64,000 nucleotides of DNA, taken from Octopus vulgaris. Taxonomy: Eukaryota. Made by a program: the position numbers and the translations under genes. The stretch spans positions 163,246,001 to 163,310,000 of the forward strand of contig OX597817.1 in NCBI GenBank assembly GCA_951406725.2, in the 5' to 3' direction. The notes beneath the pieces were generated by a model, which saw only the letters and a program-made list of their open reading frames with translations, was not told the DNA's origin and searched no databases. This document shows, in pieces, positions 13,558 through 28,706 of this stretch (within the stretch, counting starts at the first letter, position 1; every line of letters starts with the position of its first letter).

Positions 13558-14060
13558 ATCATCCTCATCATTATCATCGTCGTCGTCGCCATCCCCCCTC
13601 CTCATTATCCTCCTCACCATCCTCCTCCTCCTCCTCCTCCTCCTCCTCCTCCTCTTCCTCCTCCTCCTCCTCCTCCTCCGCCTCCTTCTTCTCCTCCTCC
13701 TCCTCCTCCTCCTCGTCGTCGTCGTCGCCATCCTGCCTCCTCATTATCACCATCACCACCGACGCCATCACCACCAATATCTTCCTCACCTTCATCCTCC
13801 TCCTCATCATCATCATCATCTTCATCATCATCGTCGTCGTCGCCATCCCCCCTCCTCTTTATCATCATCACCACCAATATCTTCCTCACCTTCCTCCTTC
13901 TCCTCATCATAATCGTCATCATAATCGTCATCATCAGCATCACTACCATTGTCCTCCTCCCGCTTCTCAGCATCATCATCATCCTCATCATCCCCACGAC
14001 GACCACCATTATGATTCCCACCACCATCATGATCATCCTAATCATCATGATCGACATCAA
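13558..14060. repeat. Compound trinucleotide region (CCT/CAT/CGT/CAC)
   Basis: Low-complexity triplets with internal duplications such as ATCACCACCAATATCTTCCTCACCTTC twice. Confidence 0.9.
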
Positions 14061-14407
14061 TTATTTTTAAAAGTATCAAAGTTTCACGTTTATAAAATCA
14101 ACGTAGCCTTGCCTTCATCTTTTATAAATCCTTAAATCCTTAAAAATGTTTTAGCCCGAAGGCCGCGGCCATGCTGGGGCACCACCGCTGAGTATTACAA
14201 ATAAATTATTTCCTCTATATTCAAGGTCATTTTCATATTGAGCATTACACAGAATATCTGTAACTCTTACATCCACATCTCCGTTGTACTGTCTCTCAAT
14301 CAGTTGATTCTTCTTGGTGAGGTTTCCAGTGTTTCCATGACAACAGAAATCACTTTCGGTCTCATTATTAGAATTTTCTCAAGTTGTCTGATGTTGACAC
14401 TTCACAA

Positions 14408-14601
14408 TATTTACCGGGTGCCGTTTCCTTCAGCATGGAATCTAGATGTATTTAAAATATTTACCGGGTGCCGTTTCCTTCAGCATGGAATCTAGATGTA
14501 TTTAAAATATTTACCGGGTGCCGTTTCCTTCAGCATGGAATCTAGATGTATTTAAAATTTTCCGGGTACCTTGATAATCTAGATGTATTTAAAATATTTA
14601 C
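14408..14601. repeat. 50-bp tandem repeat, 3 copies plus partial
   Basis: TTACCGGGTG recurs at 14411, 14461 and 14511. Confidence 0.95.
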
Positions 14602-14759
14602 TGCCGTCCTTCAGTGGAATCTCTCTCTGCTCCTTCAGCATCTCCTTGATAATGTTCTGTCTGTCTGTCACACACACACACACATTATGTTTTATTGATA
14701 ATACTGAATGTCTGGAATGCGGACAACTTTGGTTTGAATTTACCATCTTTTATCTTTTA

Positions 14760-15160
14760 TATTTTAATTGCTCCCATCATTGGACTGCGGCCATGCTAGG
14801 ACATCACCTTGAGAAGTGTAGTCGGACAAAGTAACCTTGGTACTTTTTTAAAAATCTGATACTTATTCCATCTTTCCATTTTGCGGAACCGGTATGCTAC
14901 AAAGATATAAATAAACCATCACCAGTTGTTAAGCAGTAGGGAGACAAACACAAACATACACACACATGCACACAAGTACACACACATATACACACATATA
15001 TATTCGACGGTTTTCACACAGTTTCCGTTTACCAAATTCACACACAAGGCATTAGTCGCCTCGTGACTATATTAGAAGAGGCTTGCTCAAGGTTCCCCGC
15101 AGTGGGACTGAACCCGAAACCAAGAAGTTCCAAAGGGAGCTTTTTAACCGCACAGCCCTG
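14760..15160 (-). mobile_element. SINE family B, diverged
   Basis: GACTGCGGCCATGCT...GCAGTGGGACTGAACCC. Confidence 0.75.
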
Positions 15161-15794
15161 TTTGAATTTACATAGTTTTTGTGCTCTACATTTTAAATAA
15201 ATCTAGATTCCTTACCACAATAACATGATCAGCTTGCACTGAGAAATCAAAGAAAATGACCCCGTAATACTAATTTTTCAATAACAGCTACTGTCTAATA
15301 CCATTTCATTCTGCTTCTACTTTGATTCACATTTTCTAGTAACATCACAAAGTATCGTTTACCATATACCACCGCGTATTCTTTTATATAATTCTTTGTG
15401 CCATCATTATATATTTACAGATTACATTATTGACTCTCGTAATTGCTACACATCCGAAACAGTAATTTGTTAAGTTCTATAATCATTGGCATGATAACGG
15501 TGTCTGTTTCTCTCTTCAATCCTCCATATTTCATCTAAGCCCATTGTGAACTCCTGTTATGTCTTCTATTTCCTTGGCAAGAAGCCCGTGTAATACATTT
15601 CCTTTGTAGTTTAATTGTCTAAGTTATTATTATTCTGTAATTTTCTTTTCTGTGTCTTCGTTTTCGTGATTGATCTTTGTGTTGCAGCTCATGAAAGCTT
15701 TTCTCCACCTTTCTTGAAAAACTATCTCTAGTCATGCAAATATTCTCGAGTGCACTGTGTCCTTTACACCGTATTTGCCTCTGCCTATCCCTTT

Positions 15795-16750
<956 letters not shown>

Positions 16751-17417
16751 AATTTGCTGACGCCGCTGTATAGGTACAATCTGTGATGCATTATTAATAG
16801 CCTTTTTGATATCTTTTCACTTCATAGATTTTGTTTTTCTATTTACAAAAGAAAAGCTGAAGAATATATCAATAATGGCATTGCTCAGGTGCCGAGTCTT
16901 TTAATAGTTTTTTCCTCCTTGTTGCTTTGTCCGTATGATCTTCCTGATCGCCATCTTGTATTCCTCTTCAGATTTGTTTTCATTTACATCTACTTTATTC
17001 CATCAATCTGATGTACACTCAGATGTCAGCCTTCTTCAAAGATCTTTTCACATTGATATTTGACTTCACCTTTCCTTTCTCTTTACAAAAAAGATATTGT
17101 ACATTTGATAATGAAATGTTTCACCACACTATTCTATATCAAACTGTATCTAAGAATCGATCCTTTTGTTACTTCTAAAATAAATTATGAAATTGTCCAT
17201 GAATGATTGATTCTTTCATTATTTTGGTTCCGTGATTTTTCACTTTCATAATACAAAAAGACAGCGATGTAAACGATAAAATATAGAAGCGGCGAATATT
17301 TATCTTCCTGGAAAATAACACTTTGAATCTCAATTTCATTCGAGGATGCTTGAACATATGTCAAACCAACTTCTTATTGAATGTCAGTAACCTTTTGTTA
17401 TTGTGGATTTCTAACCT

Positions 17418-17456
<39 letters not shown>

Positions 17457-17807
17457 TAAAATAGGCGGAAACTGTTTATAACAATGAGAGTATTACAAGA
17501 GAAGCTAACCCCCGGACGGAGGAATAGCTATATTTTGGACAAAAGCATGAAAGATACAAATAAAAACCTCATCACCAGTACAACAAATATGAAAAAGAAA
17601 TCAGTAGTGATAGTAACACATCCACACACGAAACGGTAATGACCAAAGCAATAGTAAAAACGAGAACAGCAATACAGAGTCTTTGCTGGTAACACATCAT
17701 ATGGATCGTTGTTTTTATTAGGGTCACAATGTAGGGATTGTTATTATTGTGGGACCCTGGGTTGGTGGTGACTGCAATTAAGGATTAACACGAACTTAGA
17801 AAAGACG

Positions 17808-17998
17808 ACAATTACAGTGTGGAAGATACATATTAGCCATTCAAAATACACAAAGACTGTTAACTTCACTTAGACGTTTATCATTTGATGTCAAAATTTT
17901 CGTTGGTGGGATGATCATTTCGCCAACAAATAATAAATGTTCAAGTGAAGTTACTAGCCTTTGAATAGCTAATATGTGTCTTCCAAGCTGTAATTGTT
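17808..17998. repeat. Diverged inverted repeat (fold-back element remnant)
   Basis: ACAATTACAG..GGAAGATACATATTAGC..TTCAAA..AACTTCACTT (17808-17871) versus its imperfect reverse complement (17943-17997). Confidence 0.55.
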
Positions 17999-18953
17999 TT
18001 AGTTTCAACACACTTTCTCAGATCATCTCACTTGTTTGGCAAGTACACCTCCAAAATATAAATGACAATCACATGTGGTGGAATTAGATTTTGAATGATC
18101 TCAAAATGTTATCGAAAACTCAGAAGGCAGAAGAGCTTGAGAAAGTATTAAAAAAAATAAATAAAAAACGCTACCGCGAAAGTAACGAGTTAGAGCTAGA
18201 GATGGAAGATATCAAGAACTTCTTCCATTGAAACAAGACGAAGAGAATCTAAATTTCCTACACGAAAATGATAATGTCTTTCTTGACAGTATAAGTGAAA
18301 CACTTGCAAATGTACAAGACCTGGGGTTCCTTTCTAAGAAAACAAACTTGCAGTTCGTTTTGGTTATTGATGTATGTGAGTGAAAGTATTGCTGTTTAGA
18401 AAGATTGTGGTCTTAAAGTTAAAATATAGATAAACCAAAAGGGAAGTAAGTTTAAAGTAGACGCAGAATCTCGTAGAGAATCAACAGATATGCAACAAAT
18501 CTGATACTTGACCGAGTATATTGAGAACATTTCTCTTTACCTTCTATTGAAAACGAAAGTAGGCATTTCTTTTCTGCGTAGTAGGTATAAAATAGTATAG
18601 ATTTTATTAAAACCTTCATCACACCATTTTAGTATCAATAAAAGTGAGAAAGGAGAACTCCATGAAGATTAAATCTTTTTTTAAAAATGGTGCATACTAA
18701 GGGTTGAATTGATGTGTGTAAAGCGCTTGGCTATCCGATTTTGTTTATAAAGTGGGGGAGAAAAGACTCCTAGTCTGTTGTTTCTTCTTTTTCTTTTTTG
18801 GGGGACCCATTAAATCATTTACATATTTACAAAAGTATCAACTATATCAATAGAAAACGTATTGCCCCGACTATGCTATCCTTCATTTTCTGTCTTGTTC
18901 GGACCAAGGAATTTCACGCGTGCGTCTATTCTTTGTTCTACATTTGAAAATTC

Positions 18954-19001
<48 letters not shown>

Positions 19002-19715
19002 GAGGAAAGAGAAAAAGAAAGAGAGAGGGGGAGAGAAAGAGAGAGAGAGAGAGAGAGAGGAAAGAGAAAAAGAAAGAGAGAGGGGAGAGAAAGAGAGAGA
19101 GGAAGAGAGAAGCTGTGTGTGAGAGTGTGTGTGAATATGTGTGTGCGTGAATGTGTGTGAGTATGTGAGTGTGCACACGCATGTTTATGTTTGCGATTAT
19201 ATTCTCCAAACTTGAGCATTTTGTTGTAATATTTATGCGAGTGAGTATGTGTGTGCGCAATTACTTCTGTGGCAATTGGAATTTTGAATTGTATAAGTTT
19301 TTGTTGTTGTTGTTGATTATAGAACAGGGCAACTCTGAGGAAGTATTCTTACGAATAAATTTATCACAAACATGGTCTGACACTCCTTTTTTTTTCAACC
19401 ATAACGTATTTAGGACTACGTTACGTTACGTGCTCTCTCAATTTTAATATGGTAGAGTGTGATTTTGGAATTTAATTTAATTTAATTTTAATTTTAATTT
19501 TTAATTTTTAATTTTTTAATTTTAATCTTAATTTTAATTTTTAATTAAATGATTTGGCTGTTATTGTACTTTGATAGAAATTTATAAATTTTCTTCTGTG
19601 ATCTTTCTCTTTTGCGTATAAAACAAACTAAAAAAAACCTACAATTTTCTTCTTCTTCTTCTTCTTCTTCTTCTCCTCTTCCTCCTTCTTCTTCTTCTGC
19701 TACTACAACTAAACA

Positions 19716-19802
<87 letters not shown>

Positions 19803-19848
19803 CATGAATTCTCCTTTTGATTTTATGTTTCATCTTGTTTTAATACAG

Positions 19849-19917
19849 GGTATTGCCAGCATATCCACCGAGATGGAAATGAAGTCATACTTGTCCACTG
19901 CATGGATTCATCAGACA
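19849..19917 (+). CDS. Universal stress protein (USP-domain) gene, internal exon: (W)YCQHIHRDGNEVILVHCMDSSD(T)
   Basis: Pyrimidine-rich tract and acceptor tacAG at 19847-48, donor GTAAGT at 19918; 69 nt, phase 1-1. Peptide matches the USP 'W...h+.gDevilvHv' segment and joins in frame to the next exon. Confidence 0.85.
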
Positions 19918-20137
19918 GTAAGTATACATACATTACTATATAGCATTATATTACAGTCCTCATTGTTTTTGCTCTGATCGACCAGAACTTTGATCAAAGC
20001 CATTTTAGTCACAGCCACCCCAACTATTCTTTTTTTCAATAATATTTCCGTTCTCTTTCCTTGTTTTTTTCCTTGCTTTTTTTTGTTTTTACTGGCTGCT
20101 GGCCATCTTTTCCTATACATTCTATTCTCAGTGGTGT

Positions 20138-20525
20138 GGGGAAGCACTCCGTCGGTTACGACGATGAGGGTTCCGGTTGATCCGAATCAACGGAACAGCC
20201 TGCTCGTGAAATTAACGTGTAAGTGGCTGAGCACTCCACAGACACGTGCACCCTTAACGTAGTTCTCGGGGATATTCAGTGTGACACAGAGAGTGACAAG
20301 GCCGGCCCCTTGAAATACAGGTACAACAGAAACAGGAAGAAGAGTGAGAGAAAGTTGTGGTGAAAGACTACAGCAGGGATCACCACCATCCCCTGCCGGA
20401 GCCTCGTGGAGCTTTTTTAGGTGTTTTCGCTCAATAAACACTCACAACGCCCGGTCTGGGAATGGATACCGCGATCCTATGACCGTGAATCCGCTGCCCT
20501 AACCACTGGGCCATTGCGCCTCCAC
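20138..20525 (-). mobile_element. SINE family C, full length, in USP intron
   Basis: tRNA-like head GTGGAGGCGCAATGGCCCAGTGGTTAGGGCAGCGGA; 12-bp TSD TCTCAGTGGTGT at 20126-37 and 20526-37. Confidence 0.92.
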
Positions 20526-21190
20526 TCTCAGTGGTGTAATCACGCACAAACACAATTAAAGTGAATAAAAATTTGACTGGAGGTATATTGAGATTGCTTA
20601 CAATTTTGAGATATAGCAGACTACTAATTGAACAGGCTAATGTTTGTTTGCAAAATCGGTTCGAAGTCTTTCAAAGAAATGTCTGTGAACAATAGAGAGT
20701 TGTTTCTTCATAATAAATTATTTGTTAGGGTAGAGCAGAAGTGCAAGTTCTTCAACCTAATGAAGGTAAAATAATTTTGTTCTCTTTTAGATAAGAATAA
20801 TGAAGTAAATTCATTGATTTCAAATTCAAATTTCTAATTTCGCCTCACGCTGTGCGGAGATAGCTACCTCCCGTTATATTAACGATCATCATGAGGGCGT
20901 CACGTGTGTTTGAAATAAATAATACGAGAGATAAATTTCAGTCCTTTACATTTCATAATCAGTCGTGTTCTCTGTGTAATCAATCTTATTGATTGTTTCC
21001 TTATATTTTATTTATACTTTCGAATAATAATTAGAATAAAATTAATAAAAATTTTATTGTAGATTCAAGCAGTCAGACACAACATAAAATGTATATTAAA
21101 GATACACTTTGAACTATTTCTTATAAAATATTCAAACTATTTTTGCATTGTTTCTGAAATTTGAAATGCGAATATAATTTTTTTTATCAG

Positions 21191-21276
21191 CTTCTGATGC
21201 TTCTGTGAGGCTTGGAAGAGAAGAACAGATGCTTGAACTGGAGAAAGGATTTATTGATAAGATGTCTACATATGGA
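21191..21276 (+). CDS. USP gene, internal exon: (T)SDASVRLGREEQMLELEKGFIDKMSTYG
   Basis: Acceptor tttttatcAG at 21189-90, donor GTAAGT at 21277; 86 nt, phase 1-0, compatible with both flanking exons. Helical USP middle region. Confidence 0.85.
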
Positions 21277-22734
21277 GTAAGTTGTTCAATTTTGATTTTG
21301 CCGAATATTTCTTGATTTTTCACGAAGAATTTTCTTTAGTTACATATCTTCTGACTGGAATAATGTTTTAAACAGAGCTTTAATTCTAGTATCTTGCTAA
21401 GAGTGTACCTGTTAACTTTGTAGAATTCACTTAGTGACCGCTCTTCTAGTATGTCTATGCAAGTAATACTCCCAATGTTAAAGGGGCCTATATTTGTTCC
21501 CCGTTTTTATCTTGACAACTAAAGGCTGCACACATCCTACAAAAAACTTTACTTCTCCTCTCTCAACCCCATACAGTTCAGGGTTCAATCTCACAGCCCC
21601 TTAGGTTAGTATTTTAGTCAATTGACTTGACTTACCTAGTTTCTTGTGAATAAAGCTTTAATGAAAAGAAAATTTGGGGAAGCCAGCCGCGTGTCCACCC
21701 CACACCACGTTTATATGTTCCATTGATGTATATTAGTAAAAAATGTACAGGTCAGCGATAAAACCGATAAATTGGTACATTCGAGCAAGAATGTTTCAGG
21801 TACTTATTTCTCATGATGTTCCCATGTTTCTGTCACCATTGGCAATATTGGGAACCAGTGATTTGTTATTTGAAAACTCGTAAATAATAATACCATTGCT
21901 CGCAAAATGGAAACCTGTTGTGTGGACACCCCCAGACGATGAAGTAGGCTAGCCCAATACGTAGATATAGAGGGAGAAATCTAGATGTCAGGGATGGAGT
22001 TGAGTAGAGGTCATCCGAACGAGCGACATAACAAAACGATAAAATAAAACGAAGATAACTGTGAAACCTACTTCGATCACTTTAGCCCATGGCTAAAAGA
22101 ACTTTTATTATTCTGAAGTAGTGTAAGCCAAAGTTTACTCTTATCTTAAAAATAACTCTTCAAACCTCCTATATCTGCAGAAATATAGCTCAATGCATAG
22201 AAACACAGTACAATTTGTTCATTCTTTAAAGGGTTAACTTTTCTGTCTCTGCCAACTATTGATCTATTGATCGATTATTCTAATTTCGAACACTGAGATA
22301 AAGATGCTCGTAAACAGCCGCCTACAGTGTTACTTTGAGTCATTCTCTTTCCCCTTTTCTCTGTTGTTGTCTTGACATACATAAAACATTTATTTAATTG
22401 TGTCTGACCTGACAACATCCAAAACTAAGATATACTCTTATGGATTCCACCCGTCTCTTATCTCTGAAATGTGCTATTGCATTATGACTAGCGGGCTGGT
22501 CTCAGCCATAATCTATCAACATATTTGTATCTTAGGATATTCTGTCACAGTTTCCGTCTCTTCTTTATTGACCCAATTATTAGATATAACCAGAAAATAT
22601 TTCTATTTTCCCTCCCTTGCTCTCTACACATATACCTTACGTTTGTGTGATCACAATGAACAGAAACTTTAGAAAAATCCTTTAATAGAGTTATGACAAA
22701 GAACAAACAAACTACATGATTACACACATCAAGA

Positions 22735-22945
22735 AGGCGACGTGCTTGCAGAATCGTTAGCACGCCGGACAAAATATTTAACGGATTTCGTCTGTCTTTA
22801 CATTATTAGTTCTAATTCCACCAGGTTGACCTTGCTTTTTGATCCTTTAAGGACCGATAAAATAAGTATCAGTCAAGTACTGGGGTTGATGTAATCGACC
22901 AGCCCTCTCCCTCAAAATTTCAGGCCTTGTGTCTATATTAGAAAG
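22735..22945 (+). mobile_element. SINE family A in USP intron
   Basis: Head GGCGACGTGCTTGCAGAATCGTTAGCACGCC; flanked by the repeated ATTACACACATCAAG (probable TSD, about 22719 and 22950). Confidence 0.85.
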
Positions 22946-23083
22946 AGTTATTACACACATCAAGGAAACAGACTTGCATCCACTCCTATTTACTTCGGAA
23001 CAATAAAAACAACTTAAATCACCGAAATCACCACAGACTCCAGGGCTAGCAACTCTTGTTGATCTTTCAGTACAACTTCACAT

Positions 23084-23323
23084 ATATATTTCGTTTTTGG
23101 ATTTGGTTTTCCAGATTCTTTATATGAGTTCGTGTGTTGAAGCATATTCTGTTGTGTCTGGGGAGGGTCATATTCTTTTTGTACCTTATAATCAAGACTA
23201 TAGAAAAGGTTGCAAGACGCAACGAAAATTTTAGGAAAATAAAAATAAGAAATAAGTGGAAACTTTACCGGTGAGTGTGTTACATCATAAGGCACAAAAA
23301 AAATGACTCTCCCCAGACTCACA
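23084..23323. mobile_element. Fold-back PLE-like element inside a USP intron
   Basis: Minus copy with tail (23084-23192) abuts a tail-less plus copy (23193-23323); homologous to 57389-57720; short TA runs at both ends. Confidence 0.7.
23198..23234 (+). ncRNA. Hammerhead-like motif of the UUGAAAA family (copy with U4A)
   Basis: CTA-TAGAAAA-g-GTTGC-aagac-GCAAC-GAAA-AT-TT-TAG; homologous to both arms at 57481-57562. Confidence 0.4.
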
Positions 23324-24496
23324 TATATAACATTGTCAAAATTCTGTATCCTAAAAGTTTAGGCTTCATTTTCAGGCTTAGAGAAAAATTCATCCCTGAT
23401 CAGTTGCTGTTGCTCTAGAAATCTCAAGTAAGGTTCACATCGAAGTACTGCTCACATATCTTTGATAGTACTGTTTCTACACACAAAAATGTTGTAGACT
23501 ACATCAAAAATAAGACCCTTAGGTTAATTGGCATAATACTTGCAAACAGGATACAATGACTGCCTTAGAGATATGCAGATTCTTCTCTCGGATTTGTCTA
23601 CTGTTACAACAAAGAAGCTTTTGAACCTCAGAACTGACTAATTACATATTCATGTATACAGTTTCACCTGATACAGCGGTCTTTTTCACAATCTGTAGCA
23701 TATACTAAATTTTATATCATTCAGTTGTTCCTTCGTAAAGGAGAAAAAGTATAGAATTCCCTTTTCCAACCATGCTGCAATCATCGACAATGTTGAAAGT
23801 TTCAACTAAGCATCAGTAATCAACTATATCTATCTCTCTAATCTTAGGCGGCATATAAAGAACCGAGTGAGAAGTAAAGTGTTCTTGAAGTGTTGTCAGT
23901 GTGTTTGCTTGTTTGAGAATGGTTATATATGTAATAGCAGGAATTGTGATTCTACATGTAAGAGCAAAGATTGCTGGAGGTTGGTGCAGATACAGACTGT
24001 GCCGATCATATGACTATGTGGTGTTTCCTTTTGTTAATCTTTTTCTTTCGCTCTCTAAATGTTCTGTGAAAATGCTAGCTACGTTGTCTTAAGTTTTCGT
24101 TAATTTACTGTGGAAAGATTGGTGAGGCGGGGCGAAGGGCAAAACTCGTACAAGCAAACCAGGAATACAAACTATTAAAATTTGCCAAAGCCTATTCTTG
24201 CATGAAACACATTATGTTATTGAGATGATTACAGATCTATTAATAGTCGTTCCAATCTATTATGTATCTTATTCCATAAAAAACAGCGCTCGTTACAGAG
24301 GAAATTAATTAACTGTATTAATAAATGAATCTCTCTCAGATAACGAGAACGTATCTCAGAATATCAATGTTGGTAATTTCTAACATTGATAATTTTTCTT
24401 GTTGTTCTCATAACTTTTTTGATATATGTTTTTATCTCTGATTAATTTGCTCCAGTTTAGCTTTATCGAAGACTTTGTCTCTGTTCTATTCTTCAG

Positions 24497-24775
24497 GTGG
24501 ACGCTACCATACGTCAGATCTCCGGCAAACCGGGTGAAGCCATCTGCAAAGCCGCCGAAGAGGAATGTGCCACCGTGATAATTACTGGGACTCGTGGATT
24601 GGGGAAGCTGAAAAGAGCATTCCTTGGTAGTGTCAGCGATTACATAGTCCACCACGCCACAGTACCAGTGTTAGTGTGCAAAAGTGGAGATGACAAAGAA
24701 AAGGACGGTGATGACGAAAAGAAAGACAGAAGGTGGAGCAGAAAGAGCAAGTCTAAAAAGGGGCACCCTGACTAA
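24497..24775 (+). CDS. USP gene, last coding exon: VDATIRQISGKPGEAICKAAEEECATVIITGTRGLGKLKRAFLGSVSDYIVHHATVPVLVCK plus charged C-terminal tail
   Basis: Acceptor cttcAG at 24495-96, phase 0. Hallmark USP motifs GxPGEAI, G-x2-G-x9-GS (GTRGLGKLKRAFLGS) and HHATVPVLV; TAA stop at 24773-75; AATAAA-like signals near 24835-24845. Confidence 0.95.
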   Translation: MDATIRQISGKPGEAICKAAEEECATVIITGTRGLGKLKRAFLGSVSDYIVHHATVPVLVCKSGDDKEKDGDDEKKDRRWSRKSKSKKGHPD

Positions 24776-24989
24776 ATTACCCTATTTAACTACCCACTAA
24801 TCTTTGTTTCTCTAACAAACTTCCTTTTCCGAACAAATAAATAAATATAATAAAAAAGATAAAAAAACACAAAACAGCAACAAACAATCACATACACACG
24901 CACAAATATTAGTCTCCACTTAGCGAACATGTCCTGCATGAAAATTTGTGTGTAGATATGCGTTATACACCTATACATACTTATGTTGT

Positions 24990-26750
<1,761 letters not shown>

Positions 26751-28316
26751 ACATTTGTAATAAAATAAAATTATATGACTAGTTATAAACAAAATCTGCA
26801 AATGGAAAGCTTTTTCGAACAGATAATCCCAATTTCTCAATTGGTCCTCAGTCATACTTACCTTGTTTCGTATGGAAAATATCAACTTGAGTCTGATTGA
26901 ACTGACGGATCTTTGTTCTCTAGGCTACAATCTGGAACACATAAACACAATATTTAAGACACACAATGACAAACAGATGAATTATTTCGAAAAATTCCCC
27001 TATAGAAAATATGTGGCTAACTTTTCAAAACATATTCAAGTTTGTAATAATGGTAAATAAACTAATTTTGTAGGTATATAAAATAAAAAAAAAAAAATGT
27101 TCCCTTATATGATTTGAGTATATAAAATCTGTGATACCAGTTTGATTCATGGTTTCAGAGTTTCACTCTTCTACGCATATTCGTATCTCATAGTCCATAA
27201 CAGCTTTTGCCCTGTAGTCCATAAAACAATGACCTACATTAAGAATTATGAAACTAAAAATAAAACGACAGAATTTCAGAAAATAATAAATTTCAAAGAG
27301 ACAAAAGAAACAATCACCAATGTAAAGTAAAAATGAAAACATATATAAAATGAAAATATGGAAATTGAGATAAAAATCAATATTAAATAAAGAAATTAGA
27401 ATTGTAAAAACTGAAATTAGTCTTAAATGCGCAAATATTTCGTCAATATTAATGCTAAGCTTTCAAGATACAATCCACATACGACCAACTTTATGTCAGA
27501 ATTCTGCTAATAAAACGTTTTTAGAATGATTGAAATTGCATTCATCTAGATATCATTTTATAAAAAAATTATCCATAAAATTAATACTATCTATCAATAA
27601 AAATGAGCTATGAACGTTTAAATGTTTTTATTGGCGGATTTGGTACTCGGTTAGAGATATGCAACAGATAAGTAAAGTTTATATAATTCTTAGGTTTGTT
27701 CACAGTTTAGGATACAAATAGCTGCGGTAATATGAAATTAATTCTCAGATACAAAAATAAATGAATAAATAAAAAAAAATCACAAAGAAATGGGCCAGAA
27801 AAAATATCTACAGTTAATTTACGAAGAATATGCACTTATATTATTGTGAAACTTAAAATACGCAAGTAAGAGCAGAGCTGTGAACGAATAACTAATGAAA
27901 AATGTACAAATTCTCATAAAATTTCGATTGTACGCTCAGTCACTGAGGAATTGACTTTGAGAATAATACTTCAAGGCTTGTCTTTTGAAGTTCAATTCCA
28001 AGAGGTTATTTTCAAATATATGCAACACGCTCCATTTGTTCAGATTATAATTTCCACCCAAATGACTAGTCAACTGGCAAAAGGCAGCATTCATGTGGAT
28101 TACTAATCGGATAGTATCTCCCCAAATAACAGCAGTAAGTGCACTTAGACAGTTTTACTTCATTACTTCATTTGCCGCCGGTAATAGTATTTGCAAATGA
28201 GCGTAAATGTCACAAATGTATGACTGTTTTGTACTGTGACATTTTGTGGTTTTTATGCCTATATCAGAAATAATAATTCTTATATATATATAAAAAAGAG
28301 TATATATATATATATA

Positions 28317-28630
28317 TGGTTTACTGTTCCGTTAAGGTAAGATCAACAAAAAAATAACTCCATCCAGTGAGAGATAAATATTTAATGTATACAGTAAAAA
28401 TATATGAACTACTAACTGTTTCTTATTTTGGAGACACGTGTCCAGGCAAGTTTTTATTACACGCCTTGTGTCTCTAAGCAACCTGCAAACCCTGAGCACA
28501 TAGTCTATTCTATTTAAAAATTAGAATAGACCGTGTACCCAGAGCCTTAGGATTGCGTGGAGATACAAGGCGTGTTATAAAAACCTGCCTAGACACGTGT
28601 CTCCAATGTGAGAAACTATTAGTAGCTTTT
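28317..28630. mobile_element. Older, diverged fold-back element in (TA)n
   Basis: Imperfect inverted arms about 28407-28512 / 28521-28626; unpaired tail on the left; TA tracts both sides. Confidence 0.55.
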
Positions 28631-28647
28631 TTTTTAATACTACGTAC

Positions 28648-28706
<59 letters not shown>

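Noticed and set aside
13423-14135. Overlapping poly-Pro/Ser/His/Glu ORFs in all six frames
   Set aside because: Trinucleotide low-complexity tract, open in every frame by composition; no splice support.
14408-14601. Regular 50-bp repeats as a CRISPR array
   Set aside because: Head-to-tail identical units without unique spacers, in eukaryotic context with no cas genes.
20440-20525. SINE heads as functional tRNA genes
   Set aside because: A and B boxes are present but run into SINE bodies with TSDs; no complete cloverleaf.
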